A DNA stretch of 30,337 nt, from positions 1-30,337 of the IMG/VR virus record IMGVR_UViG_3300025718_000221. The stretch is one strand, 5' to 3'. Positions 26,509 through 30,337 of the stretch are shown one piece after another. Position 1 is the first letter of the stretch. The number at the start of each line of letters is the position of its first letter. Source of the DNA: a virus (taxonomy: Duplodnaviria; Caudoviricetes). Under the pieces are notes generated by a model. It saw only the letters and a list, made by a program, of their open reading frames with translations, was not told the origin of the DNA and did no database searches. A program made the position numbers and the translations under genes.

Positions 26509-27384
26509 ATGTATACATCAGATAATTTCGCACAATTCCAATCACTAGACCTAAGCAAGGAAATCGCTTTAATCAATCCACAGAGGACTCCATTCCTATC
26601 ATTCTTACTTCAAATGGGTAAGACTTCAAAAGCTGAATCACCTATCATAAATTGGTATGAGGAAACACTTGGTAGTGATGCTATATCAACAGGTATAGAG
26701 GGTCAAGATGCTCCTGCTGATAAACAAGATGTAACTGCTCTATTAACTAACTATACTGAGCTTTTACTTGGAACTGCAAAGGTTTCTTGTACTGCTCAAG
26801 CTAGTAATATAGTTGGAGTTAACGACCTTATGGCTCGTGAAACTACTAAGAAATTAACTCAATTAAAATATAAACTTGAAGACACAATAATGACTGGTAC
26901 TTTAGCAGTTAAAACTGGTTCAGTAGGTCAGAAAATGAATGGTTTATTAAACCAAATTAATGCTAGTAATGTTGTAACTGCCGTTGGTTCAGTAGTTACT
27001 AAAGCAGACTTTGAGGCTATGATTAAAAAATTATATGATGCAGGAACTTCTGATAACATGGTATGTTTTATATCTGATACTGATAAGGTAGCAGTTAATG
27101 AATTTTATGGTGTTCAATACTTTGCTAAAGATTTATTTTTAGGATTCACTTGTGATAAATACCACACAGAATATGGAGACGTTACATTCGTTTTATGTCC
27201 ATCACTTTCTGGTGCAAAATCAGTAGTTGTTGTTAATCCTGATTATCTTGAACTTAAAGAATTACAACCTGCTCAAGCTGTAGACCTTGCAATTACTGGT
27301 GACTCTATATCTAAAATGGTTAAAGTTGAAGCAACACTTAAACTTGGTAACTCTAAGGGTGCTTCTAAAATAGTTTTAGTATAG
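26509..27384 (+). CDS. Major capsid protein (DUF5309/SU10-like HK97 fold)
   Basis: DLSKEIALINP..TPFLS, WYEETL, EGQDA, NYTEL....AKVS.TAQA, MNGLL, LAITGDS....V..EATL motifs. Confidence 0.85.
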   Translation: MYTSDNFAQFQSLDLSKEIALINPQRTPFLSFLLQMGKTSKAESPIINWYEETLGSDAISTGIEGQDAPADKQDVTALLTNYTELLLGTAKVSCTAQASNIVGVNDLMARETTKKLTQLKYKLEDTIMTGTLAVKTGSVGQKMNGLLNQINASNVVTAVGSVVTKADFEAMIKKLYDAGTSDNMVCFISDTDKVAVNEFYGVQYFAKDLFLGFTCDKYHTEYGDVTFVLCPSLSGAKSVVVVNPDYLELKELQPAQAVDLAITGDSISKMVKVEATLKLGNSKGASKIVLV

Positions 27385-27396
27385 GAGGTTTGAACA

Positions 27397-27552
27397 ATGA
27401 AATTTAAGACAGATAACTTATTCTTATATGTGGAAAGAATACAATTCATTAATGGTTTGTATGAAACTACTGATAAGGATAAGATTGCTATATTAAAAAA
27501 ATATCCTGATAGTATTAGTGTAGTGGAGAAATCTACTAAGAAAACTAAATAA
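27397..27552 (+). CDS. Small head-associated protein, 51 aa, absent from the ORF track
   Basis: My translation: MKFKTDNLFLYVERIQFINGLYETTDKDKIAILKKYPDSISVVEKSTKKTK; AGGAGG RBS; lies between capsid stop and terminator. Confidence 0.8.
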   Translation: MKFKTDNLFLYVERIQFINGLYETTDKDKIAILKKYPDSISVVEKSTKKTK

Positions 27553-27565
27553 TCATACATAATTT

Positions 27566-27598
27566 GGGATAGGGAGTAACTTCCTTATCCCTTTTTTT
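27566..27598 (+). terminator. Intrinsic terminator after the capsid unit
   Basis: gggatagggag-taac-ttccttatccc followed by T7. Confidence 0.85.
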
Positions 27599-27679
27599 AT
27601 CTATTTCTAAGCATTTATTAATTGAATTTTTAGGAATAGATAAAAATAGACAAATTTAAAAAAAGAGGAGTGGTATAAA

Positions 27680-28138
27680 ATGGCAAAAGGAAAAGGAAAT
27701 AAACCTAGAGGAAATTTTATAACAGAATTATACAAAAAGTTTGATGGAAAATTACATTACTATTATTACTTCATGTGGATAAATAAATTAACAAATATTA
27801 GAACAGATTTTTCAGATATTACAGAGGAAGATTTTATATTTAAGTATTGCAGACGAAAAATAAACGGTGTTTATAACGATGGTGAAAGTAGTTTTAAAAA
27901 TTTAAAAATGTGGGAGAGTACAGAGGAATTTCAAGGATATATGCAAGAGTTATATTCTTATAAAATGAATCAAGACTTTTATGGACTATATGAAATATAT
28001 TTAGCTAAAGCCATTGAGGGAGATGAAAAATCATTAAATGCATTAAAGATTATTAAAAAGGAAATTGAATCGTTAAATAAGGCTAATAGAGTAGATAAGC
28101 CAAAGGTGATAGAAGAAACAAGTTATGACATGAAATAA
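27680..28138 (+). CDS. Putative terminase small subunit
   Basis: 152 aa directly upstream of TerL; helical, WE...EFQ and KAIEGDEKS patterns; mainly a positional call. Confidence 0.6.
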   Translation: MAKGKGNKPRGNFITELYKKFDGKLHYYYYFMWINKLTNIRTDFSDITEEDFIFKYCRRKINGVYNDGESSFKNLKMWESTEEFQGYMQELYSYKMNQDFYGLYEIYLAKAIEGDEKSLNALKIIKKEIESLNKANRVDKPKVIEETSYDMK

Positions 28139-28154
28139 GGGAGTGATAATATAA

Positions 28155-29774
28155 ATGGCTAAGCAGACTGCACAAGAACAAATAAATGAAATTTTTAATG
28201 ATAGCAGATTGTTTGCTAAGAATATGACAAAAATACTTGATGTTAATAATAAGAAAGTAAAATTTGTATATAATGGTGAACAAGAAATAATGAATAATAC
28301 TGTAAAAGATAATAAATTTGTAGTTTGTCTCAAATGTCGGCAAATAGGAATAAGTGAGTATTGCATTAATTACATAATTAGAAATATGCTTATAACTCCT
28401 GAAATAACGTGTCTTATAGTTTCTTATGAAGAGAAGGCACGTAATGCGGTCGCAAATAAATTTAAGAGACAATATAATAGTATACAAAAACCTCATAGAC
28501 TTAATACTCTACGAGACAATGATATAGAATTTAAACTAAGTAATGGAGCCAGAGTTATATTTGGAGTAGCAGGCAATAAGGATTTACTGAGAGGTGAGAC
28601 CGCACAAATAATAATGTTAACTGAGTTTGGTATATGGAATTCAAATACTCAAGAAGATGCAGTCGTTTCACTAGAACCTCTATTATCTAAAAATGATGAC
28701 AGTAGAATGTTAATAGAATCCACTGCGAAAAATGGAACAGGAGATTACTTTTATCGACTATGCATGGGAGCATTAAATGGTAAGAGTAAATATAAACTAG
28801 TATTCTTTGCTTGGTATGAAAATAAAGAATTGTATAAGTCAGAATATATAATGTCTGAAAAATGGTATAAATCAATCAATCATGGAAATAGGTTAACTGA
28901 AAAAGATTTAGACCCAGACGAATTAAACTTATATAAGAAAGGGGCAACGTTGATACAATTGATGTGGAGAAAATGGAAACTATTGGACATGAAATTAAAC
29001 AAATTCTTTAACGAACATCCTAGCACACCACAGGAGGCATTCGCAGGAAATAGTATTGATAATGTATTCGACCAACAGATTATATTGGAAAGAATTAATT
29101 ATTTAAATGCTGAAGAAATTAAACCATTGAGTTTTAAAGAAGTTAATGAAAATGAGCCTCTACCTCCATTACTCGCTAGATATTATGGAGAGGAAAAAGG
29201 ATTCAATATTTATAAAACTTTCGATAAAAATATGACTTATTGGGGCGGAGTAGATACTTCAATGGGAATAGGTGGAAATAGAGATGGTCAAGTAGTTCAA
29301 ATATTAGATTCAGATGGCGAACAAGTTGCTTCATTTAATAGAAATGATGTTCCTATATATAAATTTGCTGATATTTGTTATGAAATTGGAATGTATTTTA
29401 ATTATATGATGTTAAATATTGAGGTAAATACGAATGGTGGAACTGGTATGGATTTGGTTACAAGATTAAAAGAAAAAGGTTACATACAAATATTAAAGAC
29501 TAAGAGGTTTGATAAAATATCAGGTAAAACTAAGTTCTCAATGGGTTGGACTTCTATGGAGGGAACAAAATCAAAATTGATTAGTGATTTAAAAGAGTAT
29601 TTTGAAATGGCAATGATATGTGTTAATGAAATAGAGACCTTAAATCAATTGAATACTTACATAGAAAAGAATGGAAAGCTAGGTAATCAAAGAGGCGAGA
29701 CTATGCATGATGATTTGGTAATCTCATTAGGTTTATCCGTAATGTGCATGATTGCAAGCAGAAGTTACTTATAA
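28155..29774 (+). CDS. terL: Terminase large subunit
   Basis: Walker A LKCRQIGIS, LRGETAQIIMLTEFG (Walker B), coupling motif IESTA, nuclease GVDTS..G...D and HDDLVIS. Confidence 0.93.
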   Translation: MAKQTAQEQINEIFNDSRLFAKNMTKILDVNNKKVKFVYNGEQEIMNNTVKDNKFVVCLKCRQIGISEYCINYIIRNMLITPEITCLIVSYEEKARNAVANKFKRQYNSIQKPHRLNTLRDNDIEFKLSNGARVIFGVAGNKDLLRGETAQIIMLTEFGIWNSNTQEDAVVSLEPLLSKNDDSRMLIESTAKNGTGDYFYRLCMGALNGKSKYKLVFFAWYENKELYKSEYIMSEKWYKSINHGNRLTEKDLDPDELNLYKKGATLIQLMWRKWKLLDMKLNKFFNEHPSTPQEAFAGNSIDNVFDQQIILERINYLNAEEIKPLSFKEVNENEPLPPLLARYYGEEKGFNIYKTFDKNMTYWGGVDTSMGIGGNRDGQVVQILDSDGEQVASFNRNDVPIYKFADICYEIGMYFNYMMLNIEVNTNGGTGMDLVTRLKEKGYIQILKTKRFDKISGKTKFSMGWTSMEGTKSKLISDLKEYFEMAMICVNEIETLNQLNTYIEKNGKLGNQRGETMHDDLVISLGLSVMCMIASRSYL

Positions 29775-29794
29775 TAAGAGAGGAGTCGATGACA

Positions 29795-30337
29795 ATGAAT
29801 TTACAAGAATACATAAAAGAATATTATGGAAACGTAACATATTGGTTCGTAAGTGAGGTGTGTCAACAACAGCATATAGATAGAATCAATAAAGTAGTTG
29901 AATTAAAATCATATTTAGATGGTGAACGACCTAAAGATGGTAATTTAATCAATATAGATGGAAGATGGATTGCACCAACTAGAATTAAATTAAATTTTGC
30001 TTCAATACTATTAGATCATAACGTGAGTTTTCTAATGAAAAACCCAGTCACTTTGATTTGTGGTGATGATGCTGAGACATTAAAAGAATATCAAAATGTA
30101 TATAAGAAAGGTAGATTTAAAAGGATTGATACAAAGTTATATGAGAATATGAAATCATGTGGTCAAGCATTCGAGTATTTATACTTTGATGCAAAGAACA
30201 ATATTCAAAGTAAAGTATTACTTCCTGAGTGTTCATATCCAATTTATACAGATACAGGGAATTATGTTTGTTACATTAATCATTATATGACAACTAATTA
30301 TATAGAATATTATACTTTATATTTTCCAGATAGAGTT
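29795..30337 (+). CDS. Portal protein (SPP1 gp6-like), truncated at the window end
   Basis: Open to the end: MNLQEYIKEYY...YLDGE...RIKLNFASILLDHNVSFLMKNPVT...GQAFEYLY..; AGGAG RBS; follows TerL. Confidence 0.88.
   Translation, partial: MNLQEYIKEYYGNVTYWFVSEVCQQQHIDRINKVVELKSYLDGERPKDGNLINIDGRWIAPTRIKLNFASILLDHNVSFLMKNPVTLICGDDAETLKEYQNVYKKGRFKRIDTKLYENMKSCGQAFEYLYFDAKNNIQSKVLLPECSYPIYTDTGNYVCYINHYMTTNYIEYYTLYFPDRV

Larger units (their letters stand above)
1..30337. mobile_element. Part of a phage-plasmid / mobilisable prophage-like element with a YonO-type RNAP
   Basis: Relaxase, replication, RNAP and virion genes are contiguous; no host housekeeping genes or element boundaries were seen. 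Confidence 0.8.

Noticed and set aside
723-28875. Short overlapping ORFs in the track (e.g. 723-965, 1724-1915, 4984-5181, 9783-9968, 11442-11642, 12918-13112, 13833-14102, 14355-14543, 15892-16152, 18038-18253, 21732-21935, 27273-27560, 28073-28496)
   Set aside because: They lie inside or opposite well-supported genes and have the composition expected of shadow frames in AT-rich DNA.
1-30337. CRISPR array, tRNA, integrase, lysis genes, reverse transcriptase/DGR
   Set aside because: No regularly spaced repeats, cloverleaf, or diagnostic protein motifs were seen by eye.

Overview
AT-rich window from a Firmicutes mobile element, probably clostridial (AGGAG/AGGGGG RBSs, sigma-A promoters). It combines plasmid and tailed-phage modules. 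Left arm (1-4100): 3' part of a MobV/Pre relaxase, small accessory genes and a DUF262 protein. Control region (4100-6240): a ribbon-helix-helix gene missed by the ORF track, divergent from an operator-bearing promoter. That promoter drives a 90-aa gene, a PemK/MazF-fold + TPR fusion protein and an unannotated 45-aa secreted propeptide (RRNPP/arbitrium-like layout), followed by convergent sense/antisense promoters. Early/replication block (6243-14076): HExxH metalloprotease, HicA-domain fusion, DUF5659-like protein, SF2 helicase-like protein, a hairpin-rich intergenic region and a YonO-like single-subunit two-barrel RNA polymerase (DNDGD). Next come an HTH gene, a GIY-YIG nuclease, a zinc-ribbon protein and a ~400-nt highly structured noncoding region. 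The virion module is in permuted order: tape measure with SLT domain, Dit, Tal, scaffold, major capsid, TerS, TerL, and a portal cut by the window edge. No integrase, lysin, recognisable tail tube, tRNA or CRISPR array was seen. The best candidate for a new system is the MazF-TPR receptor with its signalling peptide and RHH switch. All family calls rest on motif recognition by eye; no database search was run.
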